Below, piece after piece: positions 27,789-36,131 of a DNA stretch of 43,830 nucleotides. The stretch covers positions 1-43,830 of the forward strand of contig JBDRLQ010000002.1 of the NCBI GenBank assembly GCA_043812915.1. Direction: 5' to 3'. The translations under genes were made by a program, and so were the position numbers. The notes beneath the pieces were generated by a model. The model was not told the origin of the DNA. It worked only from the letters and a program-made list of their open reading frames with translations, and ran no database searches. The DNA is from Candidatus Micrarchaeota archaeon (GTDB lineage Archaea; Micrarchaeota; Micrarchaeia; Anstonellales; Bilamarchaeaceae). Position 1 is the stretch's first letter. Every line of letters starts with the position of its first letter.

Positions 27789-30700
27789 TTAATCCTTCTT
27801 GGGGCTCCTGGCATTGGCGCCTATGAATATTCTTACGGCTCCAAGTACTTCCCCGACAGTCGGCTGTCGCCCCAGTTCCTTTTCCAGCGCGTCCACAAAC
27901 TCCTGAGGGACCATGATTTCTGATTCGACCTGCCCGCTTGCCGCTGCCCCCATGATGCTCTCAAGGAGCCCGCCCCGGGTATCAATCTTATTTGGGCCGC
28001 CATATCCAAGGTGATGGGCTCGTACCTGGGGCCCAGCTGCGGGCACTGTTTCGCCCTCGTCAGGGGCGCTCATATCCCCATCAATATCAGAATCTACAGG
28101 ATTTTTCCGCTCTTTCCCAATCTCAGCTTTGATGTCCCTGCCATAGTATTCCTTGAGCCTCTGGATGCCGATCATGGCCTCCTGGGGGCTTCCCATCCTG
28201 ACGAATTCCTCAAGGGCTTCTTCAATATCCTCCATCAGGCCCTCTGCAAGGCTCTTCCACTTTTTATTATCTGCCGTCTCGGCCATTTCCTTTATCTCAG
28301 GCAGGATGTCCGCCAAGATGCCCTTTGCGGTATTGCTGAGGGTTTCCTCTTCCATGCTTAGCCTGTCCAATGCAGGAATGGCTTCATCCCACATCATGTC
28401 CTTAGCCGCCTGGTAGCCGCGCTTAGCCATTATGTAGACTGCCGTGAATGCGCTTGCAACCTGGTTCCTGTTCAGCTCTTCCTTCTCGCAGAGCACATAG
28501 CGCGCGTCATCAATCACAAGATCGGCTTCATCCCGTGCCAGATCCATTCCTTTTACTGCGAATCCAGCCAGAGCGAAGTAGTATGCCTCAGGTATATGCA
28601 TCCTCAGCCCGCGGATGTGTTCTATCACGTCTCTGTCGTTTCCGAGCGGGGGCGCAAGTTCCGGAAGCGCGTGGACCATGTCCTGCAAATCTCTCCGCAC
28701 CTCGGGCGTGTTCTCGGGGTTCAGGTCCAGAACCGTCTCCTTGACATGCTTCAGCGGGGCGGTATGTCCTGCGGCATGGACTGCGAACAGCGCGTCTATC
28801 GCGAGTCCGTGCTTGTTTTTCTCAATTGCCTCCAGTATTGGCTGGACCTGCTCATCAGTCAGCTTCATCTTCCTCTCCTGGATAATCCTGAGCGACATTT
28901 TCACTGTCTCTTCGGTCGCGTCCTCCCTTCCAGCCTCGGCGGCAACCTTCAGGTAAATGCTGGGCCTGATTTCCGGGGCGTCTCTCAGGTATGCGAATGC
29001 CCTCCTTCTGATGTCGGTCTCCCTTCCGTCGCTTACTGCCCATCTCAGGAAGCGGGCCATGTCCATTTTCCCTGATTTCTTTTCCTTTGCCTCTGCCTTT
29101 GCGTTGAGGTCATCAGCCGTATTCCCCTTAGCGCTCTTCGCATTTTCGCGGAGCTGTGTGCCTTCGGCTGCCAGGCGCGATTGCAGGGCGGCCATGGTGT
29201 CACTTATCTTCACCATCTCGACGTTCCTGGCGGCAACGCTCCACGTCTCACTGGCCTGCGCCTCAAGCAGGAACTCGAGTGATGCTTTGCGGACTCCAAT
29301 CCTCCGGTCCCCAAGAAGCTCCTTTGACCATACTTCCCATCCGGGCGCCATCTTCGTTCCTTTGGCAGGGTCAATCCTGCCCCTCTTTACGCGCAACTGC
29401 CCTTGGTCGTTGTCAACCATCACTTCCAGGCCGTCCCTTCGCATCTGCCTGAGCACTCCCCTAAGGAATCCGTGTTTCAGCTGCGCATATGTCTCGATGT
29501 ATTTTTCGCTTCCGCCGGCAGCCTCTTTGAAAGACACGCTTTTGGGCCCAAGTAGCACATCCAGGTCATCCCTCTTATGCTCCGCGTAAATCACAAGCGC
29601 GTGCGTGTCTCCATCTTTAGCCTTTCTGAAAGTCCCGTATTGCTTGCCAAGAAGCTTCAATAATGTCCCTGGCCTGTCCTCCATCAGGTACATGGCCCCA
29701 AGGTCGCCGTCCGCGGCAGCTTCGTACACCCCTTTGCCTTCTGCCAGAACATCGTCAATCCTCTCGGGCCTCATCTCGATTATGAATCTGGCAACCTCAA
29801 TATCCCCACCAAGCGCCAGCCTGTAAGCGTTGCTCTCTTCCGAAGGCCTGGGCCCGCCTCTTAGCACCCTTAGCGCGTTCTTTTTCAGCGGTTCCCGCTC
29901 CAGCAGTCCATCAACTGCATCCGCGATGTCCCGAGGCACTCTTCTCCTTCTCTTTTCAACCGCCTCCGCCATCCCAGCCAGCATCGCGCCCTGATTCTTC
30001 CCATCTTCCAGGTGCGTGAGCGTGAAATCCCTTGCATTCTCATCTTCAATGGATGCGATGTTCATAGCCACTCTTATTGCTCTAATGTCATGCCCCCCAC
30101 CGGCTATCTGCTCTTCTAGCAGGTCCCAGCCATTGTCATCGCCGCGTCTTAGCGAAAGCATGCATGCCGATGCGTATTTGGCAAGCTCAGTGTCCATGTC
30201 ATTGACCATTTTAGCCCAGTACGGTTTCCTGTATTCTCCGGCTTCCCAAAGCGCCCTCGCGCATGCCTGCCGTGTCTGGGGACTGAGCATCCCAGATTCA
30301 CCATCATCAACTACCCACTGCGCGAAAACCGCCCGCAGAAGCATCTCGAGCGTCTTCTTGTCCGTTTCCCCCTCCTCTATGCTGCTATTACCGCTGAACC
30401 TGATTTTGCTAGCTTCCTCAACCGCCCCTGCAAGCACATATACTGAATTCTCATTAGGCTTCTGGACCAGGCTGTGCCCCTCGAGCCTCATGCCGTTGCA
30501 TAGCGCGGCGAGCGTGTTACTTACTACCCTGTCCACCTTTGCCCTCTTCTTCTCCGGCAGTTTTGCATATGCCGCAGCGAACAGGTCAATAACCCGCGAC
30601 CTCTCAGAATTCACCTTTGTGGCCGCAATCTCGATAAGCCCGATTGCCGCCTTGTGGCATGATTCCGCATCGCCGATCCTCCTCTCCGCCGCCAGTAACA

Positions 30701-30896
30701 TGGCGCCGAACTGCTCTGCCGTGGAAGCGGCATTAAGGGCCCTGACTATGTCCTTTACACTGGTCAGCATGTCCGGGGACTCCAGAATCTCTGCGACCTC
30801 CTTCTTCTTGCCCAGGAGCCCGCCGAGCCTTACCATTACCGGCCTTCTCTTATCTACAGATTCCCCATTCTGCTTCGTCTGATGATTAGTTGCCAT
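27789..30896 (-). CDS. Large alpha-helical repeat-like hypothetical protein (1035 aa)
   Basis: Long ORF rich in Ala/Leu/Glu/Arg amphipathic segments, with internal ~33-aa repeats. TATA about 30 nt upstream. Confidence 0.8.
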   Translation of the reverse strand: MATNHQTKQNGESVDKRRPVMVRLGGLLGKKKEVAEILESPDMLTSVKDIVRALNAASTAEQFGAMLLAAERRIGDAESCHKAAIGLIEIAATKVNSERSRVIDLFAAAYAKLPEKKRAKVDRVVSNTLAALCNGMRLEGHSLVQKPNENSVYVLAGAVEEASKIRFSGNSSIEEGETDKKTLEMLLRAVFAQWVVDDGESGMLSPQTRQACARALWEAGEYRKPYWAKMVNDMDTELAKYASACMLSLRRGDDNGWDLLEEQIAGGGHDIRAIRVAMNIASIEDENARDFTLTHLEDGKNQGAMLAGMAEAVEKRRRRVPRDIADAVDGLLEREPLKKNALRVLRGGPRPSEESNAYRLALGGDIEVARFIIEMRPERIDDVLAEGKGVYEAAADGDLGAMYLMEDRPGTLLKLLGKQYGTFRKAKDGDTHALVIYAEHKRDDLDVLLGPKSVSFKEAAGGSEKYIETYAQLKHGFLRGVLRQMRRDGLEVMVDNDQGQLRVKRGRIDPAKGTKMAPGWEVWSKELLGDRRIGVRKASLEFLLEAQASETWSVAARNVEMVKISDTMAALQSRLAAEGTQLRENAKSAKGNTADDLNAKAEAKEKKSGKMDMARFLRWAVSDGRETDIRRRAFAYLRDAPEIRPSIYLKVAAEAGREDATEETVKMSLRIIQERKMKLTDEQVQPILEAIEKNKHGLAIDALFAVHAAGHTAPLKHVKETVLDLNPENTPEVRRDLQDMVHALPELAPPLGNDRDVIEHIRGLRMHIPEAYYFALAGFAVKGMDLARDEADLVIDDARYVLCEKEELNRNQVASAFTAVYIMAKRGYQAAKDMMWDEAIPALDRLSMEEETLSNTAKGILADILPEIKEMAETADNKKWKSLAEGLMEDIEEALEEFVRMGSPQEAMIGIQRLKEYYGRDIKAEIGKERKNPVDSDIDGDMSAPDEGETVPAAGPQVRAHHLGYGGPNKIDTRGGLLESIMGAAASGQVESEIMVPQEFVDALEKELGRQPTVGEVLGAVRIFIGANARSPKKD
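29451..29828 (-). repeat. Four degenerate 32-33-aa protein repeats
   Basis: YRLALGGD..DVLAEGKG / YEAAADGD..KLLGKQYG / FRKAKDGD..VLLGPKSV / FKEAAGGS..GVL. Confidence 0.6.
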
Positions 30897-31042
30897 GAAA
30901 ATCCATATTTAGATACACAGTTAATGTATTTAAATGTTTCTAAATGTGGCTCATCCTGTAATCAAAGGCCAACTCAAAATGTGGGCGAAGAGAGATAAAA
31001 AAAGGGCTAAAAGAAAATTGAGAAAAAGAAAGAAAAGTGGGC

Positions 31043-31777
31043 TCAGTTCTTCCTGAGCGCAACTTCCTTGTTGACCAGTTCTGAGAGGACGTTGTCATGG
31101 ATGAATCGTCTTCCACCCACCTTGACGTGAGGTATCCTTCCCCGATCAAGGCGCCTCTCGAAAGCGTTCCTCTTGATTTTAATCCCGTTCTTGTGCAGGG
31201 CTTTGACTGCTTCGCTCACAGAGTAGTAGTTCGAGCTTATGTGGGTCAAAGCATCGACTGCTTCTCTTGGAACAAGCCTCCTGGTGCCGAACTTCACTGA
31301 GGGGACAGAGCCCTTCTCAATCCTGCCAATAAACGCCCTGAAGTTGATTTTCGGGTTTGACTTCCTGTAGTTCTGGTATGCCTCTTTGACCGTGTAGAAC
31401 TCCTTCTTTGTGTCCACGATGTCATTGAGGACCGTCTGCGGGATGAATCTCTTCCTTCCCACCTTGACGAATGGCACTGTTCCTCTTTCTATTCTTCCCC
31501 CGAAGGCTCTGAAAGAGATGTAGACGCCGCTGCCCTTCAAGTAATCATACGCGGCCCTGACGGAGAAAAGCTTGTGCTTTCCCTCAAGCTCATCCTCGCT
31601 TGCCCTTTGCTTGTAGAGGCTCTGCGCTACCTTGAAGACGTTGGCCATGGATCCGGACAGGTCCTTCTCCACGCCCTTCCTCTTCTTCCGTATGTCATCA
31701 AGGTCGATGGCCTTGTATCTGTCTACAAACTCATCATCCACTTCGGTTTCTATGATGATTTTCTTACCTCTCGGCAT
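31043..31777 (-). CDS. DNA-binding protein with three tandem excisionase/MerR-like (HTH_17-type) domains
   Basis: Three ~57-aa repeats: (F/Y)(S/T)V..A ... AF..R(I/L)(E/D)(R/K)G.(V/I)P.VK(V/F)G..R(F/L)(I/V). SD AGGTGG before ATG 31777. Confidence 0.8.
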   Translation of the reverse strand: MPRGKKIIIETEVDDEFVDRYKAIDLDDIRKKRKGVEKDLSGSMANVFKVAQSLYKQRASEDELEGKHKLFSVRAAYDYLKGSGVYISFRAFGGRIERGTVPFVKVGRKRFIPQTVLNDIVDTKKEFYTVKEAYQNYRKSNPKINFRAFIGRIEKGSVPSVKFGTRRLVPREAVDALTHISSNYYSVSEAVKALHKNGIKIKRNAFERRLDRGRIPHVKVGGRRFIHDNVLSELVNKEVALRKN

Positions 31778-31870
31778 ATAACCCACCTTTTTATTGTATT
31801 TTGTGAATATGTGTGTATGCTACTTTATAACATAGTATTTATAAAACAATCGCTTCGCCCACACTCGTTT

Positions 31871-33130
31871 TCAATCTCTCTTTATGCGGGAGACTAGGAT
31901 TATCACCAAAAGCACTATAAATACACCACCAACAATGTACAAAAATGGGATTTCCTGTTCCCCAGCTCCATTTTGGTGTGAATCCCCACCATTTCCGCCT
32001 GTTTCATTGTCTTCAGGCTCAGGTAGCGGCGGGCTGAATCTCCCATCAACCGTCGCCTTATTCCCTTCATTGTCCTTCACTTCTATCTTGAACTGGACGA
32101 TGCTGTTCTTGGGCAGCCCCGGGAAGTCTGCCATGAAAGTGTTGAGCGCACTTACGAATGTCACCGCATCGTTCCAGGGCGTTGCCGCTTCAGCCGGCTC
32201 CAGGCGGTACGAGACCTTAAGGCTGGAATAATCCACCCCGCTGGCATGGTCCCCATTGTCCCACACTGGTATGACAAGCCTCGTTATCTCGGTATCCCCT
32301 GTGCTGCTAATCTCCCCGAACACCGGCGCATGCTTGTCGAAGATTACCTCGATGCTCCTCTGTTCCGAGGGCACTATAGCGCCGCTCTTCTCGATGCCCA
32401 TATGCGTGATGATATAAGGAATATCATCCCCGAAAGCTTCTTCGTACTCGAAATGCCCATCGGTAACATGGTATGTAGTATTGAGTATGAATATCGTAGC
32501 CTCGAGAGGAGCTCCGAAGTCGTCTATGATGTCAATCTCTATCTCCGAGTGTCCCAGCGTGACATCGAAGAAAGTGTCGTTGCTGACGTATACATTCCCG
32601 CTCTGCTTTCCGTCTCCATAGCTCACAAGGTACTCATAATCTCCGGTACCGAGGAAGAATTTCGCCTTTCCTCCGGAGTCGGTGTCCTTGGTCATCTCGT
32701 TTAAGCTGATGGTAGCATTCTCAAGCAGCTGCCCATACTGGTCAGCGACCCGGAATGTCACTGGATGGACATATAGCTGGACCATTATCAGGTCTGAATG
32801 CTTGTTCTCCTCCACGGTCGTGCTCCAATAGATATCGCCCAGAGTGGCGTTGATGTATATCTCACAGTCGATATCCCGGACATTGGTGCCCTGGTTGTAT
32901 ATATCGAAATGCAGCTTGCCGTCGGAGCCTGTATATCTGGGCTCTGTCCTGAAATACTGCTCTCCGAATGAGGCTCCGCGGTCAAATAGCACCTGCACCG
33001 CTGCGCCCTCAATTGGCCGGAGCCCGTAGTCGACCACCTTGACATCGAACCTGTCTATATATCCTGCACAGTCTCCAGCAGAAGCGAATGGGATAATCAA
33101 CAGCAACAATAGCAAACATTGTGGTCGCAT
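31871..33130 (-). CDS. Secreted cell-surface protein with Ig-like/carboxypeptidase-regulatory-like beta domains and a C-terminal TM anchor
   Basis: Signal peptide (..PFASA); repeated V.D.yG.plEgA.I modules; Pro/Gly linker; TM helix with basic tail. Confidence 0.75.
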   Translation of the reverse strand: MRPQCLLLLLLIIPFASAGDCAGYIDRFDVKVVDYGLRPIEGAAVQVLFDRGASFGEQYFRTEPRYTGSDGKLHFDIYNQGTNVRDIDCEIYINATLGDIYWSTTVEENKHSDLIMVQLYVHPVTFRVADQYGQLLENATISLNEMTKDTDSGGKAKFFLGTGDYEYLVSYGDGKQSGNVYVSNDTFFDVTLGHSEIEIDIIDDFGAPLEATIFILNTTYHVTDGHFEYEEAFGDDIPYIITHMGIEKSGAIVPSEQRSIEVIFDKHAPVFGEISSTGDTEITRLVIPVWDNGDHASGVDYSSLKVSYRLEPAEAATPWNDAVTFVSALNTFMADFPGLPKNSIVQFKIEVKDNEGNKATVDGRFSPPLPEPEDNETGGNGGDSHQNGAGEQEIPFLYIVGGVFIVLLVIILVSRIKRD

Positions 33131-33319
33131 GGGAGAGATAACAGAACTAAATGTTTAAATACTTAATCCCTGCAAATGGCCTAAAAATCCCACAATTTCA
33201 ATCTTTTCTTCCTATGGCCCCCCTTTACCTACCCTGGGAAATGTGGTCTGTAAAAGCAAATAAATAGCCTTAAGGGCCAATCTGGTTGTATAAATTTCGC
33301 GGTTCCTCCCTCTGCCAGA

Positions 33320-34558
33320 GTGGAAAAATGGTGGGATGAGTCATTCCGCAGGAACCGTGCGAGGTATTTCATGAAGCCGCCTGCTGATTTGTGCGTGATG
33401 TGCAAGGGCACCAAAAAGCTCTGTGGCCAGTCCTTCTGCCCGATACTGAAGAAGATGGACCTCCAGCTAGGCTTCAGGACCAAGATGAAGGCGGACGTGT
33501 TCGGGCCTTCCCAGGAGGTCTTCGTTGGCAGCTTCGGCTACCCGAACGTCTCTTTCGGCCCCCTGGCGACCGTGGACCGCAAGCCAGTTTCCATCCAGGA
33601 GACGTACGGCAGGCCCTATCAGGACATTATAGACAGCCGCGTCTCAATGGTCCGGGGAACAAGGCACATCACGGCCTCGGGGAGGATGCAGAGAGACATC
33701 CAGGAGGTCGCATTGAGCATACGGCCAACAGACATCGAGATGAATTTCTCAAAAACCCCGGAAGTGAAACTGAGCTTCTCCTCCCTGGTCCAGCCCATGG
33801 GCCCCTCTGCCCCGCTCTCCTGCTTCAGGCAGGCCGAGAACCCGAAAATCCCAAAGCGCGTGGATATTGTCATCGAAGAGAATCTCCTTGCCGGCCAGGC
33901 AATATCAGAGCTCACGCACCACGGCTTTGACAGCTATTACCTGACCAACATCTTCTCCACAGGAGCCTTGGGCAAGGTGGAGGGCAGGAAAGTCGTCCCG
34001 ACCCGCTGGAGCATCACTGCCATGGACGACATAATAGCAAAGCAGAGGATGGAGGAAATCCGCGGGTATCCGCGGATAAACGACACCTTCCTCTTCTCGC
34101 ATACAGACTACGATAACCATTATGAGGTGCTGCTGATGCCCGGGAACTGGGAGTTCGAGAATTTCGAGGCCTGGTCCCCGAAGAGCATATGGGCCAACGG
34201 CGCCAAGGAGGCTGTGGTCACAGGGGAGCACGAGCCTTTCTCAGGCAGGACCAAATACGCGGACAAGCAGGTCGGAGGATATTACGCGAGCAGGTTCGCG
34301 GTGGTGGAACACCTCCATTCACTGAGAAGGCAGGCCCGCGCGGTGGTTTTCCGGGAAATCGGGGATGGGTACATGGTCCCGCTGGGGGTATTCCAGGTGC
34401 GGGAAGGGGTGCGCGCAGCCCTTAGGAAAAGACCGGAGAGGTTCCAGGGCCTTCAGGATGCCCTAGATCGCATCAGGGAGAAGGTGACAGTCCCTTTGGG
34501 GAAGTACTTGGGACAGAGCAATATCCTTGCCCAGAGCAGGCTGGATGCCTTCCTCTAG
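33320..34558 (+). CDS. nreA: Nre-family archaeal DNA repair protein
   Basis: CVMCKG..LCG..FCP, VFVGSFGYP, VPTRWSITAMD, GGYYASR, PLGVFQVRE; PIP box QSRLDAFL. Confidence 0.9.
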   Translation: MEKWWDESFRRNRARYFMKPPADLCVMCKGTKKLCGQSFCPILKKMDLQLGFRTKMKADVFGPSQEVFVGSFGYPNVSFGPLATVDRKPVSIQETYGRPYQDIIDSRVSMVRGTRHITASGRMQRDIQEVALSIRPTDIEMNFSKTPEVKLSFSSLVQPMGPSAPLSCFRQAENPKIPKRVDIVIEENLLAGQAISELTHHGFDSYYLTNIFSTGALGKVEGRKVVPTRWSITAMDDIIAKQRMEEIRGYPRINDTFLFSHTDYDNHYEVLLMPGNWEFENFEAWSPKSIWANGAKEAVVTGEHEPFSGRTKYADKQVGGYYASRFAVVEHLHSLRRQARAVVFREIGDGYMVPLGVFQVREGVRAALRKRPERFQGLQDALDRIREKVTVPLGKYLGQSNILAQSRLDAFL

Positions 34559-34596
34559 GCTAGCAAAGGAATTAATATCTCATATGGAATAGCAGG

Positions 34597-34905
34597 ATGG
34601 GTGTGATTATGTTTTTCGTCAAGGGAAATCTCGTGGAGAACAAGGAGGGCGACTTCCTGGCAAGGGCAGAGGCAAATGCAATATACGATGAGGTTGGGGA
34701 TGAAATCATAAAACTCAAGGGAAACGAAATCAGGAATCTCCTTGGCACCACTCTTGCTACTGTGGAGGATGGGACGCTTGTCAGCTCCAGCGGATTCGAG
34801 TTCTGCAGGATTCCTGATGCGAGGCTGGAATTCCACGGATGCCAGCAGCTTTCGGACCCCACTGTCGCGGCCCTTTGGATGTGGCTGGTCAAGGGAATAA
34901 GATAA
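34597..34905 (+). CDS. Small beta-repeat protein (four 16-aa repeats)
   Basis: FFVKGNLVENKEGDFL / ARAEANAIYDEVGDEI / IKLKGNEIRNLLGTTL / ATVEDGTLVSSSGFEF. Alternative start at 34609. Confidence 0.65.
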   Translation: MGVIMFFVKGNLVENKEGDFLARAEANAIYDEVGDEIIKLKGNEIRNLLGTTLATVEDGTLVSSSGFEFCRIPDARLEFHGCQQLSDPTVAALWMWLVKGIR

Positions 34906-34946
34906 TATTTAATTGATTTGCTCCTATCATTCTTCTGCTTTTTTTC

Positions 34947-35018
34947 GCGACCGTAGTCTATCGGTTATGATTCGAGATTGCCAATTTCGAGGGCCGGGTT
35001 CGACTCCCGGCGGTCGCA
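34947..35018 (+). tRNA. tRNA-Gly (GCC), intronless, CCA not encoded
   Basis: Acceptor GCGACCG/CGGTCGC+A; anticodon arm CGAGA-TTGCCAA-TTTCG; T arm CCGGG-TTCGACT-CCCGG. Confidence 0.95.
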
Positions 35019-35030
35019 TTGAACTTCGTT

Positions 35031-35064
35031 AAAGAGACATTCAGGAATAACATTCCTGCTCTTT
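35031..35064 (+). terminator. Stem-loop just downstream of tRNA-Gly
   Basis: AAAGAG..CAGGAAT-AAC-ATTCCTG-CTCTTT. Confidence 0.4.
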
Positions 35065-35294
35065 GCATTTCGACTCCATTTTCCCTGCTTTTGGCAGAAT
35101 ATCCAAAGCCCCCTCTTAGCCTCTGCACCTTAATCAAGGCCCCTCCTGATTCCGAAGGCATCCGCTTCACGCTTTATGTTATAAAAGATGCTGAAACATA
35201 TATAAAACGTGTCTCCCGGCAAGATTTCGACATCCGCCATAAGGCCTTCCGATATTAATTTAAATCCGACCTCATGAGATAGATTTGGATTTCC

Positions 35295-36089
35295 ATGAGC
35301 CTATTTGAAGAACTAATGAGCAAACTGGAGATAAGGGAGGTAAAGTCGCTCCTCTGCCACGAGCAGGTGATCGCGGCCAACCTCAAAAGGCTGAAGATGG
35401 GCATGCTCAACATCGGCCATCTGGTGGACCCAATAGTGGTCGACAAGGAAACGGGTGTGGTGCTTGATGGCAACCACCGTAGGAAAGTGCTCGAGATTAT
35501 CGAGTGCCCGCTCGCAGTCTGCCAGGTCGTGGACTATCAGAATCCTGAAATACAGATAAGCACCTGGTACCCCAGCGTCAGCCTGTCGGCGGACGAAGTA
35601 TTCAAGCTCGATTCACTGAAATACGAGAAGGTGGATGAGAAAGCCGGAAAAGAGGCGGTTGACAAGCTCAAGGCCCCGTTCATGCTAATGACAAAGAAGG
35701 AAGGGTGCCTGCTCATCAACCCCGGAACCTACAAGCTCATGGAGATGGTGGAGGAGCAGAACTATATCCTTTCTTTGCTTGAGAAGGGTTCGGTCGACTA
35801 CATCCCTGATGAGGAAGTCACTGCGCACAAGGAAGATGGGCGCTCGGTATTCTACAGGAGGTCATACACCAAGGCGGAAGTAATCAAATGCGCCCAGGAC
35901 CACAATCCCTTCCCCCCGAAATCGACAAGGCACACAATCCCAGGAAGGATAATCCGCCTGAACATGAAGCTCGGATGGCTTTATCGCGACGAAGAGGGCG
36001 CTGTCAAGGAACTCGAGAACATGCTCAAGATACGCGCCTACGCCGGCAACGTGCGCAAGTACTACGAGCCTGTAGTCGTAATATACTAA
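35295..36089 (+). CDS. ParB/Srx-fold free serine kinase-like protein (SerK/SbnI family)
   Basis: HEQ, DGNHR, VDY..I.TWYP, TKAEV and FPPKSTRH match SerK motifs as I recall them; C-terminal R.Y.EPV tail is SbnI-like. Confidence 0.75.
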   Translation: MSLFEELMSKLEIREVKSLLCHEQVIAANLKRLKMGMLNIGHLVDPIVVDKETGVVLDGNHRRKVLEIIECPLAVCQVVDYQNPEIQISTWYPSVSLSADEVFKLDSLKYEKVDEKAGKEAVDKLKAPFMLMTKKEGCLLINPGTYKLMEMVEEQNYILSLLEKGSVDYIPDEEVTAHKEDGRSVFYRRSYTKAEVIKCAQDHNPFPPKSTRHTIPGRIIRLNMKLGWLYRDEEGAVKELENMLKIRAYAGNVRKYYEPVVVIY

Positions 36090-36131
36090 TGCGAGCGCTT
36101 TTTATTCGGTTTTTAACATTATTATCCTCAC

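Noticed and set aside
27789..33130. Provirus or integrated element suggested by Xis-like domains, a large ORFan and a nearby tRNA
   Set aside because: No integrase, capsid, packaging ATPase or flanking direct repeats were seen, and housekeeping genes are interleaved.
35069..35077. TTCGACTCC echo of the tRNA T-arm as a possible att site
   Set aside because: Only 9 bp, about 70 nt from the tRNA copy, and there is no integrase in the window.
34958..35258. ORFs 34958..35170 (-) and 35019..35258 (+)
   Set aside because: The first overlaps the tRNA antisense. The second starts with TTG at the tRNA end, has no SD and has no recognisable motifs.
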